A stretch of 64,000 nt of DNA, from contig OY782041.1 of assembly GCA_963677595.1 (NCBI GenBank), forward strand, positions 1,632,001-1,696,000. Reading direction: 5' to 3'. Of the stretch, positions 50,203 to 60,907 are shown piece after piece. This stretch comes from Spirochaetia bacterium (GTDB lineage Bacteria > Spirochaetota > Spirochaetia > CAKZLE01). The notes under the pieces were generated by a model, which was given only the letters and a program-made list of their open reading frames with translations, ran no database searches and was not told where the DNA came from. The translations under genes and the position numbers were made by a program. How positions within the stretch are numbered: the stretch's first letter is position 1; each line of letters opens with the position of its first letter.

Positions 50203-50617
50203 TGGGCTCAACATAATTTTGATCGGTATGCTGATGGGGTGCTTGACGATAGAATGTGAGCCTGAGGTTGAGGCGCCGGAACTCTCGGTGGAGCGATTGG
50301 CATTCCCAATTGGTAACTTCATCGCTGAACCCCGACTGAAGTCGATTTGATCTATAACCTCTAGGTCCTTGGGTGGTATATAGCGCGGTTGGAAGCCTAT
50401 ATTGATTTACTGGAGCATGTGCGCAACGAAAAGCTGTATTAAACACACCTATTACTGAATACCTACACATGTTTAGTTTCCTTATCGATAGGGCATATGG
50501 TATGATATTCATATTCTGATAGCTGAGCTCATAGTGGTACGTTTTAGATTCTTCAGAGATGAGTAGAGAGTAAAAGAATGGAATCACTTTGAGGTATCAT
50601 TTGCGATTGGGGGAATA

Positions 50618-50868
50618 ATGGTTGATTTATGCTCTTTTCCATCACTTCCAAGTTATCAGGATTACTATGAAATAACTTATAAGGAACTTGATTCCCGAAT
50701 AAAGTACTTAGAGAATAGCTTAGAAAACATGCCCAAAACAGCTGAGGAACGAGCAAATCTAGGTGTTGCATATTTCTTTTTGATTGCGGTTATCGTATCT
50801 CTAGCCTTCATAGTGAATCTGGGTTTAGGTGTTCTTGTTTTAGTGGTTGGTATTGTTGTTTTTATTGA
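50618..50868 (+). pseudogene. Small membrane protein gene interrupted by IS200
   Basis: Two hydrophobic segments run into the IS left-end hairpin; frame can resume at 51430-51472. Confidence 0.45.
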
Positions 50869-51431
50869 GTCTTGGAAAACCACCGCCTATGGCGGTGGTC
50901 ATGGAATGAAGGCTACGCCGTAAGAAAAGTGTGATATGATAAGGCATGTCCAAGTGGAAGAAACAGTCGCATGTAGTATATCAGTGTATTTACCATATCG
51001 TATGGTGTCCAAAGTACCGGTTTCGGGTACTGAAAGGTGCTATAGAGAGTTATGTAGAACACCGGATACGAGAACTGTGTGAATGGAAGCAGATAGAGAT
51101 ATTGGAACTGAACGTGATGGAAGATCACGTACATATGGTGGTAATCGTACCACCAAAAATATCGTTATCAGAAATGATGGGCATGCTGAAAGGGAAAACA
51201 GCAATCAGCTTGTTTAAGAGTTTTCCAAAGTTTAAAGAGAAGCCGTATTGGGGAAACCACTTCTGGAGTCGCGGGTATGCTGTTACGACGCTCGGGTTGG
51301 ATGAAGATAAGATACGACGATATATGAAGTATCAAGAAGAGAATGAGCGACTCGAAGAAGCTCAGCAGGAAGAATTCGGCCTCTTTTAGAGGCCTAATAC
51401 AAGCCACCTCCTCTGGGGGTGGTTGTTGACT
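50869..51431 (+). mobile_element. IS200-type element (tnpA only)
   Basis: Subterminal hairpins at 50879-50899 and 51403-51423; no tnpB; ends approximate. Confidence 0.8.
50946..51389 (+). CDS. tnpA: IS200/IS605 Y1 transposase
   Basis: YHIVWCPKYR, DHVH (HUH), LKG, FWSRGY, catalytic Y...Q. Confidence 0.95.
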   Translation: MSKWKKQSHVVYQCIYHIVWCPKYRFRVLKGAIESYVEHRIRELCEWKQIEILELNVMEDHVHMVVIVPPKISLSEMMGMLKGKTAISLFKSFPKFKEKPYWGNHFWSRGYAVTTLGLDEDKIRRYMKYQEENERLEEAQQEEFGLF

Positions 51432-51696
51432 GCTACAAGAAGCATGCAATAATGTTCAAGGAACAGTTTTAAATCCCACATTCCTCACTTTCATGACGCA
51501 CACATAGCAGGATTTTCCATTTCAGGAAAGGATTGAGACTACGAAGGGCTATTCATCCTTACCGATCCTCCACACGGCATAAAAATCGGCAAATCCGCCT
51601 GGTTGCTACCCCGTCTGAACAGACATGCTGATGATCAGGACAGTAACCAGCCTTCTCATAGGTTCTGAGGATCAGACGCAGGTACACCTACGAAGT

Positions 51697-52512
51697 TCAT
51701 GCATGCAGAGAGGTCAGGACACACCTCACCCCCTTGTCGTAGAATACGCGTTCATCAAGACCCAATGCAGACAGGAAGGCCAACTGACGGGAAGAGAGCG
51801 GATTTACCAGCACCGCTTCTGCTCCCATCTCTGCCGCCATGATACCGCCAAACACGGTACTCATCATGAATGAAGTCGGCTTTGCCGTCGGTTTGTTGTC
51901 CCAGCCTGGTACCGTAGTACCTTCCTTCTGGAGATACCGCCGCATCTGCCGCTCCATCAACCGCCAGACCATCAGGGCGATCACGAGAATCATCCCCAAT
52001 GCATCTATGCGGGAAGGGGTTTTCAGAAACAGGTCATTGACTACCAGGGGATCCTTGAGGAATGAAAAATCACTCTCGATCCCATACTGGCCTTTGTACG
52101 TACGCAGTACCGATGCGGCATCAAGCGATGCAACAGCAACATTGGTAAGCAGCACAAAACATCCTGCCTGCTCTCTGAGCACCTGCAGCTTGTCCGACTT
52201 TTCGGTGATCTCCCAGTTCAACTCATACCGCAGATCTACAGGCGGCGGACCCTCCTTCGGGGGACGTCCACGACGCCGAACCGCCACTTCTTGGATCGTA
52301 ACCGTTAACGAGTGCAGCGGGGAAGAGACCGCAGCGAGGTTGGCAGCAGCAACCTGCGCATCTTCGCTGCAGTAATACTGTCGCTGAACTTTCTTCAATT
52401 TCCCGTTCAGCTCCTTCAACGATTGCTCAATCGCTTTGTCAATCTTCTTCTGCCTTCGCTTATCATGGGAACTCGAATGTATCACGACCCCGCGATAGGG
52501 CTTTTCATACAA
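51697..52512 (-). pseudogene. 3' part of the outer IS1634 transposase
   Basis: Matches the C-terminal half of 52735-54438. Confidence 0.9.
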
Positions 52513-52734
52513 CCCACATTCCTCACTTTCATGACGCACACATAGCAGGATTTTCCATTTCAGGAAAGGATTGAGACTACGAAGGGCTATTCATCCTTAC
52601 CGATCCTCCACACGGCATAAAAATCGGCAAATCCGCCTGGTTGCTACCCCGTCTGAACAGACATGCTGATGATCAGGACAGTAACCAGCCTTCTCATAGG
52701 TTCTGAGGATCAGACGCAGGTACACCTACGAAGT

Positions 52735-54438
52735 TCATGCATGCAGAGAGGTCAGGACACACCTCACCCCCTTGTCGTAGAATACGCGTTCATCAAGACC
52801 CAATGCAGACAGGAAGGCCAACTGACGGGAAGAGAGCGGATTTACCAGCACCGCTTCTGCTCCCATCTCTGCCGCCATGATACCGCCAAACACGGTACTC
52901 ATCATGAATGAAGTCGGCTTTGCCGTCGGTTTGTTGTCCCAGCCTGGTACCGTAGTACCTTCCTTCTGGAGATACCGCCGCATCTGCCGCTCCATCAACC
53001 GCCAGACCATCAGGGCGATCACGAGAATCATCCCCAATGCATCTATGCGGGAAGGGGTTTTCAGAAACAGGTCATTGACTACCAGGGGATCCTTGAGGAA
53101 TGAAAAATCACTCTCGATCCCATACTGGCCTTTGTACGTACGCAGTACCGATGCGGCATCAAGCGATGCAACAGCAACATTGGTAAGCAGCACAAAACAT
53201 CCTGCCTGCTCTCTGAGCACCTGCAGCTTGTCCGACTTTTCGGTGATCTCCCAGTTCAACTCATACCGCAGATCTACAGGCGGCGGACCCTCCTTCGGGG
53301 GACGTCCACGACGCCGAACCGCCACTTCTTGGATCGTAACCGTTAACGAGTGCAGCGGGGAAGAGACCGCAGCGAGGTTGGCAGCAGCAACCTGCGCATC
53401 TTCGCTGCAGTAATACTGTCGCTGAACTTTCTTCAATTTCCCGTTCAGCTCCTTCAACGATTGCTCAATCGCTTTGTCAATCTTCTTCTGCCTTCGCTTA
53501 TCATGGGAACTCGAATGTATCACGACCCCGCGATAGGGCTTTTCATACAACGTTACCGTCGTCTCGCACCCCTTATAGATCGCAGGAGGCCGGTTCTTCC
53601 CTGTTGGTGTTTCAGCCATCATGCCTATGGGACTCCAGCGACCCGCTCCGATCGCTTCCCTTATTGCCTGGTCACATGCGCCGTAGGTTGCCGGAAGACG
53701 GCTGATGAATGGCATCGACCCTAAAGCCTCCAGATTCTCCTGCGTCACCATGGCCGAGTCTGCAACATAGATACAGGCCCCATCTCCCAACCCATGTCGG
53801 GAGAGCAGTGTACTGATCCGTGTGAGCATCGCATTGTTAGACGTCTTGTCTGAGGAGTTCCCATTGAGGGTACTGCTGAAGATTGGGACCCCATGATCCA
53901 CGCACAGTAACTCCGTCATGAACTGCTTGAGATCCGGTCGGTGATCCTTGGAGTGCCCCAGGACGATCGAAGGCCCCGGGGTCTTTTCCTGCTCACTCCC
54001 CCGGTATTCCCCCCAGACACTCGTACTGGTAGTATCGTAACTGAGGGCATGCATATCCAGATCGAAGACCTGTGCTGCCCGAATCCCCAGTTCGGTCACA
54101 ATCTTCGATGGGCCGGCATCGAAGATCGCATCCAGGGACCGAGCTATGTTCGTGTCATTGAACAGATGCGGATCTACCTCCTGTCCCAGCAATAGGCTGC
54201 GGTTCTGCTGCTCGATGAACTGCTCGATCCGATACAGCGGCGACCGTCCATGCAGGACATCGAGCACCATCGTCTGTACCACGAGCCCCGGAGATAGCTG
54301 CATACGGGTCTCCACCGCCGCATCCACGATGTCTCTCAACCCGAGCATGCGGCAGTAGGCCGCCGCAATGGGCAGGTAGGAATGGGTATAGATTCTGGTA
54401 TGCTGAAACAGGGTTGAAAGGGGCGGAGTACTGGCCAT
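52735..54438 (-). CDS. IS1634 family DDE transposase
   Basis: YDTTS, GHSKDHRPDLKQ, GN.SD, VADS, YK.Q..IE..F..LK, FLK.P.RI. Confidence 0.92.
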   Translation of the reverse strand: MASTPPLSTLFQHTRIYTHSYLPIAAAYCRMLGLRDIVDAAVETRMQLSPGLVVQTMVLDVLHGRSPLYRIEQFIEQQNRSLLLGQEVDPHLFNDTNIARSLDAIFDAGPSKIVTELGIRAAQVFDLDMHALSYDTTSTSVWGEYRGSEQEKTPGPSIVLGHSKDHRPDLKQFMTELLCVDHGVPIFSSTLNGNSSDKTSNNAMLTRISTLLSRHGLGDGACIYVADSAMVTQENLEALGSMPFISRLPATYGACDQAIREAIGAGRWSPIGMMAETPTGKNRPPAIYKGCETTVTLYEKPYRGVVIHSSSHDKRRQKKIDKAIEQSLKELNGKLKKVQRQYYCSEDAQVAAANLAAVSSPLHSLTVTIQEVAVRRRGRPPKEGPPPVDLRYELNWEITEKSDKLQVLREQAGCFVLLTNVAVASLDAASVLRTYKGQYGIESDFSFLKDPLVVNDLFLKTPSRIDALGMILVIALMVWRLMERQMRRYLQKEGTTVPGWDNKPTAKPTSFMMSTVFGGIMAAEMGAEAVLVNPLSSRQLAFLSALGLDERVFYDKGVRCVLTSLHA

Positions 54439-54469
54439 CGGTATCCTCCTGTAGCGGTCGTGGAAACAG

Positions 54470-54528
54470 GACTTGACTGATCACTGAACCTACTGTATTA
54501 TACAGTAGGACAAGAGAGGAGTCAAGTC
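54470..54528. promoter_or_regulatory. Palindromic bidirectional promoter (second copy at 55887-55945)
   Basis: Plus strand TTGACT-N17-TATTAT, minus strand TTGACT-N17-TATAAT, centred on CCTACTGTAT-T-ATACAGTAGG. Confidence 0.75.
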
Positions 54529-54891
54529 ATGACCACCGAGACGGCACAGAAGCGCCTTCAGGTACTTCGCCGCAAACAGCAGGAACTCGCCAAGGAACTG
54601 AGCACGATCGAATTTATCTGGTCAGGATCCATCTCCAAACGGTTTCTTACCTGCGGGAACCCCTCGTGCAAGTGTCATACAGACACTGAGGCCAAGCATG
54701 GACCGTATTACTATTGGACGACCAAAAAGGGCGGGAAGACCGTAGCCAGGAAGCTCACAGAGCAGCAGGCTGAGGTCCTCCAACCATGGATTGAGAACAG
54801 GAGAACCCTGGAGAAGACGATGAATGCCATGAAGAAGCTCTCTCAGGATGCGTATGAAGCCATTTTGGTCCTCTTGGACGATGAAGGGTAG
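54529..54891 (+). CDS. DUF6788-like small zinc-finger protein carried by the IS
   Basis: GS......CG...C.C......HGPY..W...GK; RBS GAGGAG. Confidence 0.8.
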   Translation: MTTETAQKRLQVLRRKQQELAKELSTIEFIWSGSISKRFLTCGNPSCKCHTDTEAKHGPYYYWTTKKGGKTVARKLTEQQAEVLQPWIENRRTLEKTMNAMKKLSQDAYEAILVLLDDEG

Positions 54892-54961
54892 CGCTTTTTA
54901 AACCGATTTTAGCCCGAAATTAAATACCCGTTTTTTGCTGAGAAATAGTGAGGAATGTGGG

Positions 54962-55855
54962 ATACAACGTTACCGTCGTCTCGCACCCCTTATAGATCGC
55001 AGGAGGCCGGTTCTTCCCTGTTGGTGTTTCAGCCATCATGCCTATGGGACTCCAGCGACCCGCTCCGATCGCTTCCCTTATTGCCTGGTCACATGCGCCG
55101 TAGGTTGCCGGAAGACGGCTGATGAATGGCATCGACCCTAAAGCCTCCAGATTCTCCTGCGTCACCATGGCCGAGTCTGCAACATAGATACAGGCCCCAT
55201 CTCCCAACCCATGTCGGGAGAGCAGTGTACTGATCCGTGTGAGCATCGCATTGTTAGACGTCTTGTCTGAGGAGTTCCCATTGAGGGTACTGCTGAAGAT
55301 TGGGACCCCATGATCCACGCACAGTAACTCCGTCATGAACTGCTTGAGATCCGGTCGGTGATCCTTGGAGTGCCCCAGGACGATCGAAGGCCCCGGGGTC
55401 TTTTCCTGCTCACTCCCCCGGTATTCCCCCCAGACACTCGTACTGGTAGTATCGTAACTGAGGGCATGCATATCCAGATCGAAGACCTGTGCTGCCCGAA
55501 TCCCCAGTTCGGTCACAATCTTCGATGGGCCGGCATCGAAGATCGCATCCAGGGACCGAGCTATGTTCGTGTCATTGAACAGATGCGGATCTACCTCCTG
55601 TCCCAGCAATAGGCTGCGGTTCTGCTGCTCGATGAACTGCTCGATCCGATACAGCGGCGACCGTCCATGCAGGACATCGAGCACCATCGTCTGTACCACG
55701 AGCCCCGGAGATAGCTGCATACGGGTCTCCACCGCCGCATCCACGATGTCTCTCAACCCGAGCATGCGGCAGTAGGCCGCCGCAATGGGCAGGTAGGAAT
55801 GGGTATAGATTCTGGTATGCTGAAACAGGGTTGAAAGGGGCGGAGTACTGGCCAT
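54962..55855 (-). pseudogene. 5' part of the outer IS1634 transposase
   Basis: Matches the N-terminal half of 52735-54438, truncated at the inner IR. Confidence 0.9.
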
Positions 55856-55945
55856 CGGTATCCTCCTGTAGCGGTCGTGGAAACAGGACTTGACTGATCA
55901 CTGAACCTACTGTATTATACAGTAGGACAAGAGAGGAGTCAAGTC

Positions 55946-56308
55946 ATGACCACCGAGACGGCACAGAAGCGCCTTCAGGTACTTCGCCGCAAACAGCAGG
56001 AACTCGCCAAGGAACTGAGCACGATCGAATTTATCTGGTCAGGATCCATCTCCAAACGGTTTCTTACCTGCGGGAACCCCTCGTGCAAGTGTCATACAGA
56101 CACTGAGGCCAAGCATGGACCGTATTACTATTGGACGACCAAAAAGGGCGGGAAGACCGTAGCCAGGAAGCTCACAGAGCAGCAGGCTGAGGTCCTCCAA
56201 CCATGGATTGAGAACAGGAGAACCCTGGAGAAGACGATGAATGCCATGAAGAAGCTCTCTCAGGATGCGTATGAAGCCATTTTGGTCCTCTTGGACGATG
56301 AAGGGTAG
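55946..56308 (+). CDS. DUF6788-like protein (second copy)
   Basis: Identical protein to 54529-54891. Confidence 0.8.
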   Translation: MTTETAQKRLQVLRRKQQELAKELSTIEFIWSGSISKRFLTCGNPSCKCHTDTEAKHGPYYYWTTKKGGKTVARKLTEQQAEVLQPWIENRRTLEKTMNAMKKLSQDAYEAILVLLDDEG

Positions 56309-56445
56309 CGCTTTTTAAACCGATTTTAGCCCGAAATTAAATACCCGTTTTTTGCTGAGAAATAGTGAGGAATGTGGGTTAAATGTAGGTCCATATTTGA
56401 AAAATTTGCATTATCAGAATTTAAAGTTTGTAAAAGGAGTAAACA

Positions 56446-57723
56446 ATGGAGTTCTATCTGGAAATAATAAATGACAAAGTAATCGAGGTTTATTCTGAAG
56501 AAAATGGTGATGAACTTATTAAAATAACTTGTGAATCTGTTGATGAGTTTTATGAAAAAGTTAGTGGGTATGAAATTAATGAAGATTTTGATGAAAAAAT
56601 TAAAGAATTTTTTGAAGATTCAAGAAATAATGAATCATTAAACCGTTTTCATATAAAGCATTGGGTAAGTAATCGATCATTTGGAGAGTTAATCGATATG
56701 TATGAGCATGATGAAATTATTAAACCTGAAATGCAAAGAGATTTTGTATGGACTTCTCTTAAGTGTTCAAGGTTAATTGAATCTATTATTCTAGGTTTAC
56801 CTATACCTCCATTGTTTTTAATGGAAGTAGATAAAAATCAGTATGAACTTGTAGATGGATATCAAAGATTAACAACAGTGTTTAACTATGTGAAGGGTAA
56901 TCCTTGGGGAGGAAAAAAAGATAAACGAAATGTCAAGGCTAAATTATCTTCAAAGGTTTCTGTTGAATTGCAAAAAAAGGCTTTTGAAGATCTAGAACCT
57001 GAACATCAAAAAGCTATTAGAAGAAGTACTATTCCATTGATAGAATTTAAGCAGTTAGAACCAAATAACCTGTCATCTAAATACCTCATTTTTGAAAGAA
57101 TAAACACTGGGTCTGATAAGTTAAATCAAATGCAGATTAGGAAATCATTAGCATATGGAGAACTAATAAAAAGTCTATATTCAGTTGCAAATAAAAGTAG
57201 CGAATTTACTAAGTTGTTTTCTGCTGGAAACCTGAAAAAGGATGTACACGTAGAAGCTTATTTAAGAATATTATGTATGACTGATATTTATTATAAAAAA
57301 TATAAACCAGAGAAATATGGTATCAATTATGTACTCAATGATTATTGCGAAGTTTTTAGAAAAAAGGAGATTACAGATGAAAGAAAGGCTAAGATTAAAG
57401 AGGCTCTAACTTTTGCGTATTCTGTTTTTAATAAACCTGAAGAAATATTTAGGAAAGTTGATATGATTAAAGGACAAAGAAGATTTATCGGGAACTTAAA
57501 TATTAGCATTTTAGAGGCTTTTATTGGAGTATATATTGAAGAAAAAAACAAAATCACAATTAGAGTGGAAGAAATTTACATGAATTATATTTCTATTATG
57601 AGTGGGATTTCAACAAAAGAAAAGCAAGAAGGGGAAGAGAACTTTTTTACAACTCATACAGGAACTGAGAAAGCAATTACCAAAAGGTATGATTCAATAA
57701 AAAAAATCTTTGGGATTAATTAA
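56446..57723 (+). CDS. DUF262 (GmrS-like) domain protein
   Basis: P..QR.FVW, LIESI..G.PIP, VDG.QRLT, IFERIN.G; RBS AAGGAG. Confidence 0.9.
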   Translation: MEFYLEIINDKVIEVYSEENGDELIKITCESVDEFYEKVSGYEINEDFDEKIKEFFEDSRNNESLNRFHIKHWVSNRSFGELIDMYEHDEIIKPEMQRDFVWTSLKCSRLIESIILGLPIPPLFLMEVDKNQYELVDGYQRLTTVFNYVKGNPWGGKKDKRNVKAKLSSKVSVELQKKAFEDLEPEHQKAIRRSTIPLIEFKQLEPNNLSSKYLIFERINTGSDKLNQMQIRKSLAYGELIKSLYSVANKSSEFTKLFSAGNLKKDVHVEAYLRILCMTDIYYKKYKPEKYGINYVLNDYCEVFRKKEITDERKAKIKEALTFAYSVFNKPEEIFRKVDMIKGQRRFIGNLNISILEAFIGVYIEEKNKITIRVEEIYMNYISIMSGISTKEKQEGEENFFTTHTGTEKAITKRYDSIKKIFGIN

Positions 57724-58566
57724 TGGAGATATTTGAATTTGATTGTGATGTAAGATTTGAAGCTTTGTTAGATATTTATTCTCAAGTTAAGAAAATTAAA
57801 AATAGTAGGGCAGAAGATATTGCTCAATATAGAATACTTGCAGAAAACACTGAATTAGACCTACCAACTATACTAAACTGTTGTGATAATTATGAACGCT
57901 CTTTATTAATCGAATGCTATACTTTTGCTGAACAATTATTTAAAAATTTTTATTATGAATTATTGGATTTTGAAAGAAATAACAATAAGTATCTGAGATT
58001 GTTTATTCAAAGAAAAATTCCAAGGGATAAATTTTCTCCCGATGTTTTTTTTGCTAATATTGAAGGGTCAATAAGAAGCCACATTTTGCATGGATTTAAA
58101 TTCATTTTGAAAGATCAGAACCATGAAATAAAAGTTTATGATGAAATGATTAAATCTAGGCATCGATATGCACATAGTGGAGTTTATGATTTTGATTTTA
58201 ATAATTTTGAAGACGTAGTTAAAGTGTTAGATTATATTCGATTTGAGTTAGAACTAATAACAAATAAATGGAACAATGCAAATAGAGATGAATTTGGTAA
58301 AGACATAAAGGATCTAGTTCGATTACTAAATAAGTGTCCTGATGTAGAAGAAAAGTATATAAAGAATATACGTCCAAAATTAAAATGTATTAAGAGTGAA
58401 AGTATTGCATTTTTGAAGAGTGAGCATCAAACCGCATACACTGAAGACACAATCAAAGAGATGCTATAATCTGCGAGGTGAAGATACAGCCATTACCGTA
58501 TCCTGCCACACCTAGCAGGACACGAACCAATGGTTGGGACTATGGTGATGATCTTCTGGGAGCCTA

Positions 58567-60318
58567 CTATTCCCGCTGCTTCTTGACCGTAATGGTTTTC
58601 ACTGCCAATTCTTCTTTCAGGTCAAGCGGCAGATTCCATGGGAGGAAGGTTGTGAAATCTACCGCCTGTACTGGCAGATCGCGAATACGGGTTACCTGTT
58701 TGAGCAGGTAGTCCATATAGCCATACAGGTCCAGGTCCCAGAGATTAGCCGTCTGGATGATACTCTCCAGGGTTGCCAGCGCCTTCGCACCGGTAACCGA
58801 ACCGGCGAACAGGGAGTTCATGCGGACTGTTGAGAATGCTCTGATAATGCGCTCACTTCTCGAGTTGTCTGGATTCAGGTTTGCACATGCGAGATACGTC
58901 TGGAACAGTTGCTCATGGTTGAGGTAGTAGTTCATGCCATCCATGATATAGCTGTCATTGGTATGTAAATCATACCGTCCGGTAATCCAGGCGGAGAGTT
59001 TTTCAAACAGCGGCAGGGTATCAGTTTTTCGATCGTTGAGGAACTGCTGTTCACTGATACTCTGCTCATCCTGCCACCGGACGCGGTGAGCAGCATCGAC
59101 TTTGTAGATCTGCCCGATCAGTCGAAGAATTTTATTCAGCGTACTATGGCCGTCGGATCCGCTCTGGTACCCACCTGCCTTCTGTGCATCAACGAACCGC
59201 CTCCGAAGATGAGCGATACAGAGAGCCAGCGTATACTGGTAGTGTTGCTTCTCTGCCTGGTAGCCTGTATAGCAGTCTGCCTGCACAAACCCGTCGTATC
59301 CATCGACGATATCCTTGAACACATCACTTGACCGGGATCGGTCATATTGGAAGTAGGCAGCCGGCCGATCTGGTGTCGCACTGCAGATGACCCACAGCCA
59401 GGATTTCAGCTCATCAGCTCGATCCTTCTCATCAAGTACTTGCAGACGTGTTTCGTCAGCATTGATCGCAGGCTGCCTGAGAATCTCATTCTTGATGGCC
59501 GTAGCGATGGGCTCAAGCTCCATACCGGCACGCAGGTGCCAGTTCGAGAAGTTCTGCTCACTGAGTGCTACACCAAACTGTCTGAACTGTTTTGCGATTC
59601 GGGTCACTGACAGACCGTAGAAGAACTTGTCAACCAGAGAGGCAGCAATCAGACGGTCTCCCGCAAGACCTCCCGGGATAAACCGCTCAGGAGCCTTGGC
59701 AGTCATGATCATCCGGCGCTTCGCTCCCTGCCCGTCATAGGCCGTACCACAACCGGTACAATAGCCTTTGTGCTTGGTCTGTCGAATAATCTTCAGCCGT
59801 TCTTTGATGACGTCAATATGTTCGTGTACATCCTGATTCTCGATTTCCTGAATCTCACCACCGCAGATACTGCACAGCTTGTCAAGCTGGTATTCTCGCT
59901 GCTCCCGCGGGTAGGACGGATCGAACGTCTGCCGACCTCCGCCAATACCGGGTTTGCGGTGTTTCGGATGTCGGTTCCTCATCCGCGGCGGCTCTTGCTC
60001 CTGATCAACAGCCTGTTTTGCCTCTTCGACAATCTGCCGCTCCTCGTCATTGAGCTCACTCTCCGGCTTCTCAAGGAGTTCTACCGGGATGTTGAACAGC
60101 TTCCGATACTTCTCACTTGAGCTGCCGAACTTGAGAAACAGCTCAAGACGGAGCTTCTCCTTGCCTGAACGGACTACACGGGTGAGTACTTCGACATCTT
60201 CAGTCAATTCTGCAACCTGTGCATTCGCAGCTTTCAGCTCTTTCTCAGACCGGGCTTTTTCCTTCTTTAACTCTGAGACCTGCATCTTCAACAATGCAAT
60301 CTGTTCTTTGTCTGTCAT
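58567..60318 (-). CDS. tnpC: IS66 transposase TnpC
   Basis: Coiled coil, FG.SSEK, C..CG zinc finger, ADET..QVL, C.AH.RR.F, DN..SER, LPWN. Confidence 0.9.
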   Translation of the reverse strand: MTDKEQIALLKMQVSELKKEKARSEKELKAANAQVAELTEDVEVLTRVVRSGKEKLRLELFLKFGSSSEKYRKLFNIPVELLEKPESELNDEERQIVEEAKQAVDQEQEPPRMRNRHPKHRKPGIGGGRQTFDPSYPREQREYQLDKLCSICGGEIQEIENQDVHEHIDVIKERLKIIRQTKHKGYCTGCGTAYDGQGAKRRMIMTAKAPERFIPGGLAGDRLIAASLVDKFFYGLSVTRIAKQFRQFGVALSEQNFSNWHLRAGMELEPIATAIKNEILRQPAINADETRLQVLDEKDRADELKSWLWVICSATPDRPAAYFQYDRSRSSDVFKDIVDGYDGFVQADCYTGYQAEKQHYQYTLALCIAHLRRRFVDAQKAGGYQSGSDGHSTLNKILRLIGQIYKVDAAHRVRWQDEQSISEQQFLNDRKTDTLPLFEKLSAWITGRYDLHTNDSYIMDGMNYYLNHEQLFQTYLACANLNPDNSRSERIIRAFSTVRMNSLFAGSVTGAKALATLESIIQTANLWDLDLYGYMDYLLKQVTRIRDLPVQAVDFTTFLPWNLPLDLKEELAVKTITVKKQRE

Positions 60319-60538
60319 GCTGACAAGCATACCATAATTGCACAGAAAGAACAACCTAATTGATTATATTGCAACTAGTTGCATAGGTCTGCAACACGGA
60401 CAATGTCAGAGGTCTGCCTTGCAGGAACCCCTGGTGCGCCCTGTTTTTGCCCCAGCTGATCCCAGACGTGTATACCCTCTCGTTTCTTCGTACCACAGGC
60501 GTTCAGAAGCGTCCAAAATTTTGTGTTCTTTTTTCCTG

Positions 60539-60907
60539 TCACAGATGCAGGGCTATCCTGGTCACCTGGTTCCGTGCCTGCAGCTGATCAAGGGAGACTG
60601 GATCGCTTATGAGTCGGCGGAGCTCATCCGCAGTTATTGCGGCTGCTGCATTCCGGTCTTTCGGCCAGGGGTACCGCCCATACCGGATAACCCTCGTACA
60701 CATCCAGCACCCGGCTCCTTCACTGTATACGATCCGGATCTGCTTCCTGCTCGTTGAACAGAATACAAAGATCGACTGTTCATCCAGAGGCAGGTCCATT
60801 GCCCCCAGCACCAGGGAGATCATGCCCCGCACACCCCGACGAAAGTCGGTAGAGCCTACCCGTAGAAAGATCTTCTTTCCTTCCAGTGATGTGTCGAATG
60901 GCACCAT
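60539..60907 (-). CDS. tnpB: IS66 accessory protein TnpB
   Basis: TDFRRG..G, FVFC...R..I, G...WP. Confidence 0.88.
   Translation of the reverse strand: MVPFDTSLEGKKIFLRVGSTDFRRGVRGMISLVLGAMDLPLDEQSIFVFCSTSRKQIRIVYSEGAGCWMCTRVIRYGRYPWPKDRNAAAAITADELRRLISDPVSLDQLQARNQVTRIALHL

Larger units (their letters stand above)
52513..54961 (-). mobile_element. IS1634-like element, inner intact copy (2449 bp)
   Basis: Same IRs; 6-bp TSD ATACAA at 52507 and 54962. Confidence 0.93.
51475..56378 (-). mobile_element. IS1634-like element, outer copy (interrupted)
   Basis: 15-bp IR CCCACATTCCTCACT / AGTGAGGAATGTGGG; 6-bp TSD TTAAAT at 51469 and 56379. Confidence 0.92.

Noticed and set aside
50203-50600. Integrase or attachment remnant after the tRNA
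   Set aside because: No recombinase motifs or tRNA 3' duplication could be identified by eye
54489-54509. LexA SOS box in the IS promoter
   Set aside because: CTG-N7-CAG spacing rather than N10; better explained by overlapping promoters
51475-56378. Duplicated IS sequence as a simple assembly artefact
   Set aside because: Each copy has its own distinct 6-bp TSD and the lengths add up exactly; reads should still confirm
60539-60907. RNA-guided TnpB nuclease
   Set aside because: This is the unrelated 122-aa IS66 accessory TnpB; the IS200 element carries no tnpB
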